In this document: positions 16,438-25,003 of the stretch, one piece after another
Layout: the number at the start of each line of letters is the position of its first letter
How positions within the stretch are numbered: the stretch's first letter is position 1
DNA from: a virus
Lineage: Duplodnaviria > Caudoviricetes
Reading direction: 5' to 3' (one strand)
Virus record (IMG/VR): IMGVR_UViG_3300037200_000052
Span: 1 to 50,328 of that record
Length of the DNA stretch: 50,328 bases
Notes under the pieces: model-generated
What the model saw: only the letters and a program-made list of their open reading frames with translations
The model's database searches: none
What the model was told of the DNA's origin: nothing
Program-made: the position numbers and the translations under genes

Positions 16438-16761
16438 ATGGAGACCTTGCTCGTGTCGCGTGATGTCCGGTTCCGGTGCCCGCATTGCCACAAATGGATG
16501 CGGGTCCTGAAGCCGAATGCACCTCCTGACCGGCGTGCGCTGCTGTCGGGCGATCCGGGAGCACCACGGCGTCCGGGCAGGCTCAGAGGCAGCCGCAACA
16601 GACACCTGCATGGACACCAGAATCCGGCCCTGTGCGCCGAAATACACCGGATGCGACGTGGTGGCTCGACCCTACAGGCCATTGGCACCCGATTCTGCCT
16701 CACGCGCGAGCGGGTCAGGCAACTTTTGCGGGATTTCGACCCCGACGGCAGGCGAAGATGA
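16438..16761 (+). CDS. Zn-ribbon plus sigma70 region-4-like HTH protein
   Basis: CPHC, and TLQAIGTRFCLTRERVRQL. Confidence 0.7.
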   Translation: METLLVSRDVRFRCPHCHKWMRVLKPNAPPDRRALLSGDPGAPRRPGRLRGSRNRHLHGHQNPALCAEIHRMRRGGSTLQAIGTRFCLTRERVRQLLRDFDPDGRRR

Positions 16762-16928
16762 AATGTCCTCATTGTCAGCGTGAGATAAACGTCGGTTCGT
16801 TGCTCGGGCCGATCCGTAGCGAACGCAAGGCCGCGTCCAGCCGAGCCAACGGTCTGAGACCCTGTGCGCCCGGCAAACACCGTGGCCGGCCAAAAAAACT
16901 GAGCGATAAAGGTGCAGTTTCAAAATAG
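16758..16928 (+). CDS. Small CPHC / AT-hook-like DNA-binding protein, copy A
   Basis: MKCPHCQREINVGSLLG...SSRANG...RGRPKK; paralog of 18535..18678. Confidence 0.7.
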   Translation: MKCPHCQREINVGSLLGPIRSERKAASSRANGLRPCAPGKHRGRPKKLSDKGAVSK

Positions 16929-16956
16929 GCCACTACCTGGATTTCTGTCGGATTGC

Positions 16957-17105
16957 CAGAATGTCGTCGGAAAATCAGACATTGAGTTGCAAGGGGTTAC
17001 AGAAACAGCGTCGGGATTGATTACATGTCGGAAAACCTTACATATCAATTCATTAAGGAAATTGCATGGTTGGAAGTGGCATGAGGAGTGCTATTCAGAG
17101 GGAGT
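16957..17105 (+). promoter_or_regulatory. Repeated sigma54-type promoter block, copy 2
   Basis: Near-identical to copy 1; GG 17078-79, GC 17090-91; IHF site TATCAATTCATTA. Confidence 0.75.
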
Positions 17106-17480
17106 ATGAAAATGAAACTTAGCAAAAATGACCGAAACGATCCGCGCTCGCCAATTTGGAAGCGGCTCTATGCTTGCCTTACCAAAAACAGTTTTCGGGT
17201 GGGCAATTCGAGTTTTCCATTTAGTGGCGACGCTTGGAACACCTGCAGCATCGCCGGCCTTGACTCGCCGGAGGTGAATAGAAGCCTTCAAAAGCTACTG
17301 GAACACACCAAGCGGGGTCGGGAACGCGAAATGATTCTTATCTGCGCTGAACTCGGGCGCTTCTGGCTCGATGCACCAGAAAATAGTCGCCATCTATGCC
17401 GCGCCGACGTTCAGAAAAGCGTCGATGGACTCACGGCTATTGCTAACCGATACGTCGAAATCTTCGCAATTGAGGTCTGA
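17106..17480 (+). CDS. Hypothetical protein (124 aa), cassette 2
   Basis: ATG 14 nt after the -12 GC; ends IFAIEV. Confidence 0.7.
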   Translation: MKMKLSKNDRNDPRSPIWKRLYACLTKNSFRVGNSSFPFSGDAWNTCSIAGLDSPEVNRSLQKLLEHTKRGREREMILICAELGRFWLDAPENSRHLCRADVQKSVDGLTAIANRYVEIFAIEV

Positions 17481-17530
17481 CCTACGACAGGATATAGAAG
17501 GAATGACACAGTGAAAAGGAGAATGTAGTT

Positions 17531-18160
17531 ATGATCAAAAAACTCGGAACCATTGAGCAAGAGGTCAAAGCCTGCCGCGAAGCTTTTGCCGCCTCAAAAG
17601 TAGGCGATATGGTATGGCTTTGCCACCATGGAGTGCTTTGCGAGGATCTTACCGAGCCCCCAGAGGCCAGAATTGCCTACATTTTGGCATACAAGCCGGA
17701 ACATGAGCAAGCCCGACGGTTGCGCGAGTTTCGTCCGGTCAAAAGCAAAAAGGCCGTCGCCAAATGGCAGGCCGAGTGCGACGCGATGAGCGCCAAACGG
17801 CAGGCCAAGCGCGACGCGGTGAGCGCCAAATGGCGGGCCAAACGCGATGCGGTTGCCGCCAAATGGCGGCCCGGGTACGACGCGGTGAACGCCAAATGGC
17901 AGGCCAAACACGACGCGGTGGACGCCAAATGGCAGGCCGAGTGCGACGCGGTTGCCGCCAAATGGCGGGCCGAGCTCGACGCGGCGGACGCCAAATGGCA
18001 GGCCGAGCGCGATGCGGTGGCCGCCAAATGGCGGGCCGAGCGCGATGCGATGAACGCCAGATGGCGGGCCGAGGACGACGCGATGGATGCCAAACTGGAA
18101 GCACTGCACAAAAAAGAATATCCGTTCACGCGCTGGAACGGAAAGACGATGTTTGTCTGA
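17531..18160 (+). CDS. Hypothetical protein with 11-aa helical tandem repeats
   Basis: About ten AKW(Q/R)AE(C/R)DAVx units (33-bp repeats, ~17758-18095); AAGGAG upstream. Confidence 0.8.
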   Translation: MIKKLGTIEQEVKACREAFAASKVGDMVWLCHHGVLCEDLTEPPEARIAYILAYKPEHEQARRLREFRPVKSKKAVAKWQAECDAMSAKRQAKRDAVSAKWRAKRDAVAAKWRPGYDAVNAKWQAKHDAVDAKWQAECDAVAAKWRAELDAADAKWQAERDAVAAKWRAERDAMNARWRAEDDAMDAKLEALHKKEYPFTRWNGKTMFV

Positions 18161-18263
18161 CCTTCGCGCCTATCCGCCCGCGATTAGATCACGGGCGGTT
18201 GCGCGGCGGGGAGTGAGAGCGGTGGTTCAATGACGACCACGGCAAACCAAAAGGAATGACACA

Positions 18264-18473
18264 GTGAAATGGAATCTAAAATTTGAGAGCGGCGTTTGCT
18301 GGCGTCAGCCGGGCGCAAGGAAGCCCGTTGAGTTTGACACGGTAGAGTTGGCTTTGGCTTCCGCCAAAACTTCCGCAGATCAACTAGCGCGTGCTGGCTA
18401 TGCCAGTGAAGCGCGTTTGTTCAAAGCGGCACAAGCGGTCAAGATTGATATGCGCTGGGGAAAGGACAAATGA
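18264..18473 (+). CDS. Hypothetical protein (69 aa)
   Basis: ORF after AAGGA, in the plus-strand island. Confidence 0.55.
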   Translation: MKWNLKFESGVCWRQPGARKPVEFDTVELALASAKTSADQLARAGYASEARLFKAAQAVKIDMRWGKDK

Positions 18474-18534
18474 ACCGACTCTCCAATACTGACCGCTCGC
18501 GGGTTGTTGCCTGCATTGTCGAGGACAACAGCCG

Positions 18535-18678
18535 ATGAAATGCCCACATTGTAAGCGGAGTCTGAATGTCGGGGCTTTGCTTGGCTCGATAAAGTCCAAG
18601 GCCAAATCCGATGCGTCGCGCCAGAACGGGAAGCTTGGGGGACGCCCTCGAAAGAAGCCCACCGAACAGAAGGGTTAA
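18535..18678 (+). CDS. Small CPHC / AT-hook-like DNA-binding protein, copy B (47 aa)
   Basis: MKCPHCKRSLNVGALLG...ASRQNGKLGGRPRKK. Confidence 0.7.
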   Translation: MKCPHCKRSLNVGALLGSIKSKAKSDASRQNGKLGGRPRKKPTEQKG

Positions 18679-18681
18679 TAA

Positions 18682-18844
18682 TGTGTAAAGAAAGGCAGAA
18701 TCGTGTCGGAAAAGCAGACATTGAGTTGCAACGGGTTACGCAATATGCGTCGGGATTGATTACATGTCGGAAAACCTTACATATCAATTCCTTGGGCAAA
18801 TTGCATGGTTGGACCTGGCATGAGGAGTGCTAACTATGTATGAA
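18682..18844 (+). promoter_or_regulatory. Repeated sigma54-type promoter block, copy 3
   Basis: GG 18817-18, GC 18829-30; IHF site TATCAATTCCTTG; TGTCGGAAAAGCAGACA site. Confidence 0.75.
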
Positions 18845-19192
18845 ATGAACAAAATCAAACACAATAATAACTGCGGAGAGAGAAGGCAGGAGAACCAAAT
18901 GAATTACGAAAATCGAAAATACGGAATCAAAATTGAAGGGGATACAATCACCGCCCATTTTGGTGCGTTTGACCAAAACGAATACCGCACCCAAGCTAAC
19001 ACCGAAGTATGGGGATACCCAGCGAAAACCATCGCCTTCTGGAAAAGCCCGAAGTCGCGGGGGGGAGGATGGGTTGGCGTGAATCTCGAAACCGATGCCG
19101 TTTCCAACCACACCGAGCTTTATCTTCTTCTTCACGAACTTCGGGGCGAGTCCCAAACCGGTGACGCCGTGGACAAGGCAGGTGGGGAGTGA
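18845..19192 (+). CDS. Hypothetical protein, cassette 3
   Basis: ATG 14 nt after the -12 GC; an alternative SD-led start lies at 18899. Confidence 0.65.
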   Translation: MNKIKHNNNCGERRQENQMNYENRKYGIKIEGDTITAHFGAFDQNEYRTQANTEVWGYPAKTIAFWKSPKSRGGGWVGVNLETDAVSNHTELYLLLHELRGESQTGDAVDKAGGE

Positions 19193-19479
19193 ACCCAAAT
19201 CGACATCCCACCGGCGCGTTTGTCGGCATGGTAATAATCCTCACCCTCGCCTTCTGGCTGTCATGGCTGGCCTATGCTATTTACAACTGGCAGATCGTGA
19301 AACCATGACCCCGCCCATCACCGTTGCGGCCAAGAAACTGATTGCCCAGCTATCTGTCGAGGGCCGGGGAACGTATGCCGAGATCGTCAATGTATGCCTT
19401 CGGGAAATGGGAACGCCACTGGTCAACGGGTTGCAATGGCATGACGTTAGGTTTTGCCTTCGGTCGGGACTTCTGCCGA

Positions 19480-19863
19480 TCAAAGAAAGCGTGACGAAAT
19501 GAATCTATCCCGAGCCACCATCACCAAATCTATCAGCTTACGACCTTCTGCCGGGTTCTGGTGTACCCAATCATGGTGCGCTCTACAAAGACAGATTCCG
19601 TTCGATTCAACGTGTCTCAAATCTGACCGCGCCTTTTTTCCCTCGATGTGGTGCGCGTGATTCGTGTTGTACCGGTCGCAGTGTGGTCTGAATACCCGAT
19701 TCCACAACTGACACTGGTTCCCATCCCTCTCTAGTACCGCCTTCCTCCACTTCGCATCCAGGTACTCGACTCGCCCCCGGTTCTTCGACCGCTTCCGTAA
19801 CGGCGCCTTGCGTACACGTGGAGTTCCAACTGCGTTGAGTCTTTGTAGCCCACTACCCCCCAT
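19480..19863 (-). CDS. HNH endonuclease
   Basis: WRKAVLERDGNQCQ, HAHHI and NGICLCRAHHDWVH. Confidence 0.88.
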   Translation of the reverse strand: MGGSGLQRLNAVGTPRVRKAPLRKRSKNRGRVEYLDAKWRKAVLERDGNQCQLWNRVFRPHCDRYNTNHAHHIEGKKARSDLRHVESNGICLCRAHHDWVHQNPAEGRKLIDLVMVARDRFISSRFL

Positions 19864-20821
19864 CCACCGATATCAACTCCTGTTCTTTCACTTCTGGCTT
19901 GATGTCCGCTAGATTCCGAACCGCCTGTCGGAAGTAGGATGCCTTGAGTTCCACCCCGACCGCACGCCTGCCATTTAGCACAGCACCATAGACCTCGCTA
20001 CCAACCCCCATGAAAGGCGTCACTACCGTCTCGCCCGCATTCGACCAAAGGACGACCGCGCGTTCTATCACGTCGAGTTGCAATGGATGAACATGGCGCT
20101 CATCGTCTGGTTCCCGGCTTTCCTTGTAGGGCAATACCCGCTCAATCCGAATATCATCCCAAAACGCGCTTGCGTATTGTCTCCAAATCCAGTGTGAGTA
20201 TCGGTTCTCGATCTGGTTCCCCTGGTGGCCTTTATATTGCTGTAGCTCTCTGGGAATCTCGCGCGATCCCGCGTAAGTGGCAAGACCTGTCGGATGCCCC
20301 ACCGGGATTGCATTCTCGCCTTTCTTGCGGAACATAAGCAGATAGTCCGCTGCCGCAACATCGCAGAGAGTCGAGTCATTTACAACTTGCGCGTGTGCAA
20401 GACCTTTCGCCATCGTGCGATTTCGGACGCCAAGAGGTTCTTTCCAAACGTGATAACGAGCGCAGTATTGGAATCCAAGTTTCTCATGGAGCCGGATGAT
20501 GTCTCCCGAGAAGTCAATCAGTCCTCCGCCAGTGTTCGCCCCCGCCCGGGGCACGTCCGCACAATGCACGGCACTGATCCTGCCGGGCTTGGTGAGCCGA
20601 TGGAGTTCTTTCACTACAAAACCGTAATGTTCAAAAAATTCGTCGTAGTCGCGGCAGTTGCTCATATCGCGTTCGCTTGACGAATAATTATACAGCCCGG
20701 CAAACGGCGGACTGTAAATACTCATGTCTGCCGTGTTCGCTGGTAGTGATGGCAATACCTCGCAGCAATCGCCGCAGTAGAGAGCGTATCGGTCAGTTAT
20801 GGTTTGGTCTTTGACAGCCAT
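19853..20821 (-). CDS. DNA amino-methyltransferase (N4-C/N6-A, beta class)
   Basis: Motif IV YSPPF, HVHPLQLD, and motif I TPFMGVGSE. Confidence 0.92.
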   Translation of the reverse strand: MAVKDQTITDRYALYCGDCCEVLPSLPANTADMSIYSPPFAGLYNYSSSERDMSNCRDYDEFFEHYGFVVKELHRLTKPGRISAVHCADVPRAGANTGGGLIDFSGDIIRLHEKLGFQYCARYHVWKEPLGVRNRTMAKGLAHAQVVNDSTLCDVAAADYLLMFRKKGENAIPVGHPTGLATYAGSREIPRELQQYKGHQGNQIENRYSHWIWRQYASAFWDDIRIERVLPYKESREPDDERHVHPLQLDVIERAVVLWSNAGETVVTPFMGVGSEVYGAVLNGRRAVGVELKASYFRQAVRNLADIKPEVKEQELISVDGG

Positions 20822-22179
20822 GACGGGACTTCCTCCTGTTTGGTGTAGTCGTTTTGTCGTTTGATTTTCAGTTCGTCCATCATCAGCGCGACCAGATGTT
20901 CAAACATTACGTCCGCTGCTTCCGTCTTTCGTTTCAGATTGGCAAGGACGTTGGCCTGTCCATCCGTAGATATGAGGTCAACTGTCACTGGCCGTTTCTG
21001 ACCGAATCGCCAGCACCGTCGCGTTGCCTGATAGTATTGCTCATAGGAATGCGATGGGAAAAACGTCATGTGGGCGCAGTGCTGAAAGTTCAAACCCAGC
21101 GAAGCTATGGTTGGTTTTGTGACAATCACGCGCACCTTGCCAGAAACAAAATCCCTGAATGCTTCCTCCTTGCTATCTTCGCTGTCACTCCCTTCGATGT
21201 CCACAGATCCGGGAATCAGCTTCTTGAGCAGCTTGGCCTCTGTGTTCAAGTGACACCATGCGATCGCCGGTTTCTTGTGGGCGTTAATGAGTTCAGCAGA
21301 CATCTCGCATCGCTCATTGACCGTTCTGTGCAATTCCTCGCGTTGTTCCTGTAATCCGCTTGCCGGAAGTTCAAAGAGCATCCCTTCGGCCTTGCGCCGG
21401 GCTGTGACCTTATGCGCCCGTACAATCAATTCCGGCAGCTTGAAATCCGCATCATCGAAACCCATGTCGGAAGGCTTACGCATGGCTCGCGCCCATGAGC
21501 AGACCCACCGCCAAAAATCATGCTCCGCGTGACCTCGGAAATGCCAACCCTGACCGCCGCGGTTATAGAGCTTCACGAACACTTTGTCGCGTTTAAAGAA
21601 TCGGTTGAGCATGTCCATGTAACCTAGTTCACCAAGCGCATCCGATGAAGTTCCAAGTTCGATGTAATCATTCGGCGCGGCGGTCGCCGTATAGAGTGCA
21701 CGATAGGGAATCTTGCGCATGAAGTCCGTCACAGCCTGACGGGTAGCGCCGTCGAAGTTTTTCAAAATGCTCGACTCATCGCAAACCACGCCACCGAAGT
21801 CAGATGGTGCGAAGTGGTGTAGCCGTTCGTAATTCGTCACAACCAAACGACTGCTTGTGCCGCCAAGACCATCTCGTAAATGTTCTACCTCAAGGTCGAG
21901 CTTTGCGCCTTCTCGTACTGTCTGGAATGCGACCGATAGCGGAGTCAGAATTAGAACTGGCTTATCAGTTTTTTGGGCGACATTCTCGGCCCATACAAGT
22001 TGCTGAAAAGTCTTTCCAAGCCCACAATCGGCGAACGTCGCTGCTCGGCCTTTTCGGAGGGCCCATTCTGTCAGAGCTACTTGAAATGGGAATAGCTTTG
22101 ATGGCATCCATGTGGGCGCGAAGCCGTACTCGGAACCGACATGAGTTTTCCGTTGAAGGAAGTTGATGTAGTGATTCAT
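20797..22179 (-). CDS. SNF2-related SF2 helicase
   Basis: ADCGLGKT, VVCDESS, TATAAPND and QATRRCWRFGQ. Confidence 0.92.
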   Translation of the reverse strand: MNHYINFLQRKTHVGSEYGFAPTWMPSKLFPFQVALTEWALRKGRAATFADCGLGKTFQQLVWAENVAQKTDKPVLILTPLSVAFQTVREGAKLDLEVEHLRDGLGGTSSRLVVTNYERLHHFAPSDFGGVVCDESSILKNFDGATRQAVTDFMRKIPYRALYTATAAPNDYIELGTSSDALGELGYMDMLNRFFKRDKVFVKLYNRGGQGWHFRGHAEHDFWRWVCSWARAMRKPSDMGFDDADFKLPELIVRAHKVTARRKAEGMLFELPASGLQEQREELHRTVNERCEMSAELINAHKKPAIAWCHLNTEAKLLKKLIPGSVDIEGSDSEDSKEEAFRDFVSGKVRVIVTKPTIASLGLNFQHCAHMTFFPSHSYEQYYQATRRCWRFGQKRPVTVDLISTDGQANVLANLKRKTEAADVMFEHLVALMMDELKIKRQNDYTKQEEVPSWLSKTKP

Positions 22180-22263
22180 AGTAGCTCTCCGTTCGTATCG
22201 CTGGCCGTGTCAATCCCCCGTCCGCACCCGCATTCCCACTGCCAGTTTGTTCCCTCCTTGTCC

Positions 22264-23103
22264 TCAAACATGGTGAGCCTTTCGTTTCACTTTTCCGGGT
22301 ACGCTCCAGATAAAATTCCGAAGCATTGATTCCAGTTCGTCCCTGGTTCCCCCCGCTTTCAAAAAATCGCGCAGGTCTTTGCCGACGGGCGGAAATACTA
22401 TCACGCTCGGTACGGTCAAGACCTTCTGTAGTTTCTCCGCACCACGTAACCCGGCCTCGTTCTCGTCCACGTCGGCGCAAATAACAACTCGCCGGATACG
22501 GTTGAGTCTCACGTACTCGACTGCCATCTCGTCACACGCGCTGCAATTTGGCCTGCCAATCGCGCCCAGTCCTAGCGTCAGGGCGGCACTGAGACTGGTT
22601 GGGCCTTCCACCAGCCAAAGCGGTTGCTTGTTGTCTACGGGCATCGTGGAGCGAAATAACGCGTTCCTTGAGCCGGTCCATGCGTATTTGTCGCCTTCCA
22701 GTGTCCTTATCCGTATCCCGACGATCTTCCCCTTGGCGTCGTACATCGGGAACCCCCAAGCTTGGCGCTCCGGTATCCAACATGCCCCAATCATCCACAA
22801 TGCCCCGCCTTCAACGCCCAAGGCATCGCCAAGCTCGTTAACCCGTTTCGGTGTTGTCTTGTCCTTCCATCCTCGCCACAAGGCTCCGGCGTCGATTGTG
22901 ACGGGTTTTTTAGGCTTCCGCGTTACGGGAATTCCCGCAACGGGGTTCGCGGCCGTATGCAACCATCCGCCGTTTTTCAGCGGCCTGTCACTCGTCAGTC
23001 TCATGCAACAGTATTTCCCATCATCCGTGTACGTGCACCAGTCCGGTTTCTTGCACCCTTCGCATGGTCGTTTCTTGCTGACTCTGTGCCAGACCTGATT
23101 CAT
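22264..23103 (-). CDS. Zn-finger plus TOPRIM primase-like protein
   Basis: CEGCKKPDWC, LVEGPTS, ICADVD and KDLRDF. Likely start MNQVWHR. Confidence 0.85.
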   Translation of the reverse strand: MNQVWHRVSKKRPCEGCKKPDWCTYTDDGKYCCMRLTSDRPLKNGGWLHTAANPVAGIPVTRKPKKPVTIDAGALWRGWKDKTTPKRVNELGDALGVEGGALWMIGACWIPERQAWGFPMYDAKGKIVGIRIRTLEGDKYAWTGSRNALFRSTMPVDNKQPLWLVEGPTSLSAALTLGLGAIGRPNCSACDEMAVEYVRLNRIRRVVICADVDENEAGLRGAEKLQKVLTVPSVIVFPPVGKDLRDFLKAGGTRDELESMLRNFIWSVPGKVKRKAHHV

Positions 23104-23230
23104 CTTCCGTAAAACCATCCTTCGCAGTCGGTATGAAGATATACGTCAAACTCCGTGCCGGTCTTTTCTCTGACCAGTACCCAGTGGACCGGGTTTTCGG
23201 TTACGGGTTTGTTGCAGTGGAAGCAGAGGG

Positions 23231-25003
23231 TCAGATCAAATCTCCGTTGGTTTCAGATTGTGGAATTTTGTTGTTGACACCAGAAAAATTTTGCCCTATA
23301 TCCGGATCCACGTTGCAAGTATGAGAGTCAGATTGGGTGTCTGGTGGTTGAGTTGCAGTCTGGTCGTTTCCTTCTGGCCAGCGTTTCCCGTTCTTAACAC
23401 ATCCATCAATCAGGCGGGAGGCTTCCCACTTCACCAGATTCGGATCGTCGTACACTTCCTTCGGAGCCTTGCAATACTTTAGAAAGTTTCGCTGCGGTAG
23501 AGTCGCTGAAATCAGTTCCTTGTGTCGGGTGAGGTTCTCCATGATGGTGTGATCGTCCGGGTTCCATCCGTTCTTGATGAGCCGATCCCTCTGTTTCCGG
23601 CTGAGGCGTGGCCCCTGTTGAAACCCTTCCCATTTCTGGGCGTGTTTGTGGTAAGCCTCAAAGGGATCAACGTAGGTTGCGCGGAATGACGCTTTCGCTT
23701 TGATGCCTTTTCTGACTTCCGTTTCCGCGTCAATCAGTTCCGCCAATATATCCCCGCGTCCGGCTTTCTCGACTTTCTCTCTGGCCTTGGCCTTGGCTTC
23801 CTCGGAGAAATTCCCACCCAACACGTCAACGCTGCTTATTGTCAGTTTGTGGCGTAGAGCGTTCCCCTTGAAATCCAGTACCAACACATTCGGTTTCGGA
23901 CTGGCGGCGATGGCGGAACGCCTCTCCTCAGCGGTCGGATATTGGTCTACCAGTCCGCTCAATGGTCGAGTGCCACGCCCCAACATCTGAGTGTAAAGCG
24001 ACCGGCTCAAAGTCGGGCGTGCAACAACGATTGCCTCAATGCCGGGAACATCGACACCCTCAGTCACGACTCCAACATTAACGAGAAACTGAATCTCTCC
24101 GTTATGAAACCTCTTGAATGTATCCCGTCGTGTATCCTCCGGTGTATTACCAAAAACGGTTGCTGCACAATTGGGTTTATACCGATTGAAAATCTCTGCA
24201 TACCGTTCAGCCTGCTTGACAGTGACGGCAAACACAAGCGTCCGCTTGTCGCCCACGGTCTGTAAGGTTGAGTCCGCGATTCCCAAAAGAGGCTTTTCTT
24301 CCTCCAGCACATCTGCCAGATCGCGCTGGTTGAAATCTCCGGCCGTTACCCGGCAATTCGAGAAGTCCAACCCGTCAATTTTCACCAGGCGTTGATCGAC
24401 ATTGACGAGCCAGCCTTCCTGTATCAGATATTGAATGTGGATATTGAAGGCTACGGCGTCGATGATTCTCGCCAGTGCTTTTCCATCGTGACGGTCGGGA
24501 GTGGCGCTGCATCCGAAAAACTTCAGGTTCTGATTTTGCTTGAAGTGATTGATGATTGTCTGGAATTTTGGCGAGACGAAATGGTGCACCTCATCGACCC
24601 ACAGCATTTCAAACTCAGCCGGGTCAAACCGTTTCAATCTAGCCCCATCTCGTGAGTACAAAGTTTGGGGCGTACCTATCACCACTTGATTTCGGTTCCA
24701 CAGCTTCACGGAAGCGCAGCGATCCGCTTTTTCGATGTCGGCTCGGATTCCAAATTGCGCCAGCCGATTCCTGGCTTGTTCGACAAGTTCGTTTCTGTGA
24801 CATACCACGAATGTCCGGCAACCACGACGACGGATCAGTTCGCAGGCTACCTGAGTCTTGCCGCCACCAGTTGCCATGCAACCCAAAACAGAGTTGTGGG
24901 TCTGCCATTTCGATTCGACATCATCAGCCGCTTGCACCTGATAGGGACGCAACACACATGGAGATTCCGGCTTTGCTACCAGCGTGAAAAGGTCTTCAGT
25001 CAC
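23231..25003 (-). CDS. DEAD/DEAH-box SF2 helicase
   Basis: LRPYQ, MATGGGKT, DEVHH, SATPDR, TEGVD and QMLGRGTR. Confidence 0.95.
   Translation of the reverse strand: MTEDLFTLVAKPESPCVLRPYQVQAADDVESKWQTHNSVLGCMATGGGKTQVACELIRRRGCRTFVVCHRNELVEQARNRLAQFGIRADIEKADRCASVKLWNRNQVVIGTPQTLYSRDGARLKRFDPAEFEMLWVDEVHHFVSPKFQTIINHFKQNQNLKFFGCSATPDRHDGKALARIIDAVAFNIHIQYLIQEGWLVNVDQRLVKIDGLDFSNCRVTAGDFNQRDLADVLEEEKPLLGIADSTLQTVGDKRTLVFAVTVKQAERYAEIFNRYKPNCAATVFGNTPEDTRRDTFKRFHNGEIQFLVNVGVVTEGVDVPGIEAIVVARPTLSRSLYTQMLGRGTRPLSGLVDQYPTAEERRSAIAASPKPNVLVLDFKGNALRHKLTISSVDVLGGNFSEEAKAKAREKVEKAGRGDILAELIDAETEVRKGIKAKASFRATYVDPFEAYHKHAQKWEGFQQGPRLSRKQRDRLIKNGWNPDDHTIMENLTRHKELISATLPQRNFLKYCKAPKEVYDDPNLVKWEASRLIDGCVKNGKRWPEGNDQTATQPPDTQSDSHTCNVDPDIGQNFSGVNNKIPQSETNGDLI

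Noticed and set aside
17758-18095. 33-bp array as CRISPR, and its overlapping alternative-frame ORFs as genes
   Set aside because: It is an in-frame coding repeat; the other-frame ORFs arise because the repeat unit lacks stop codons.
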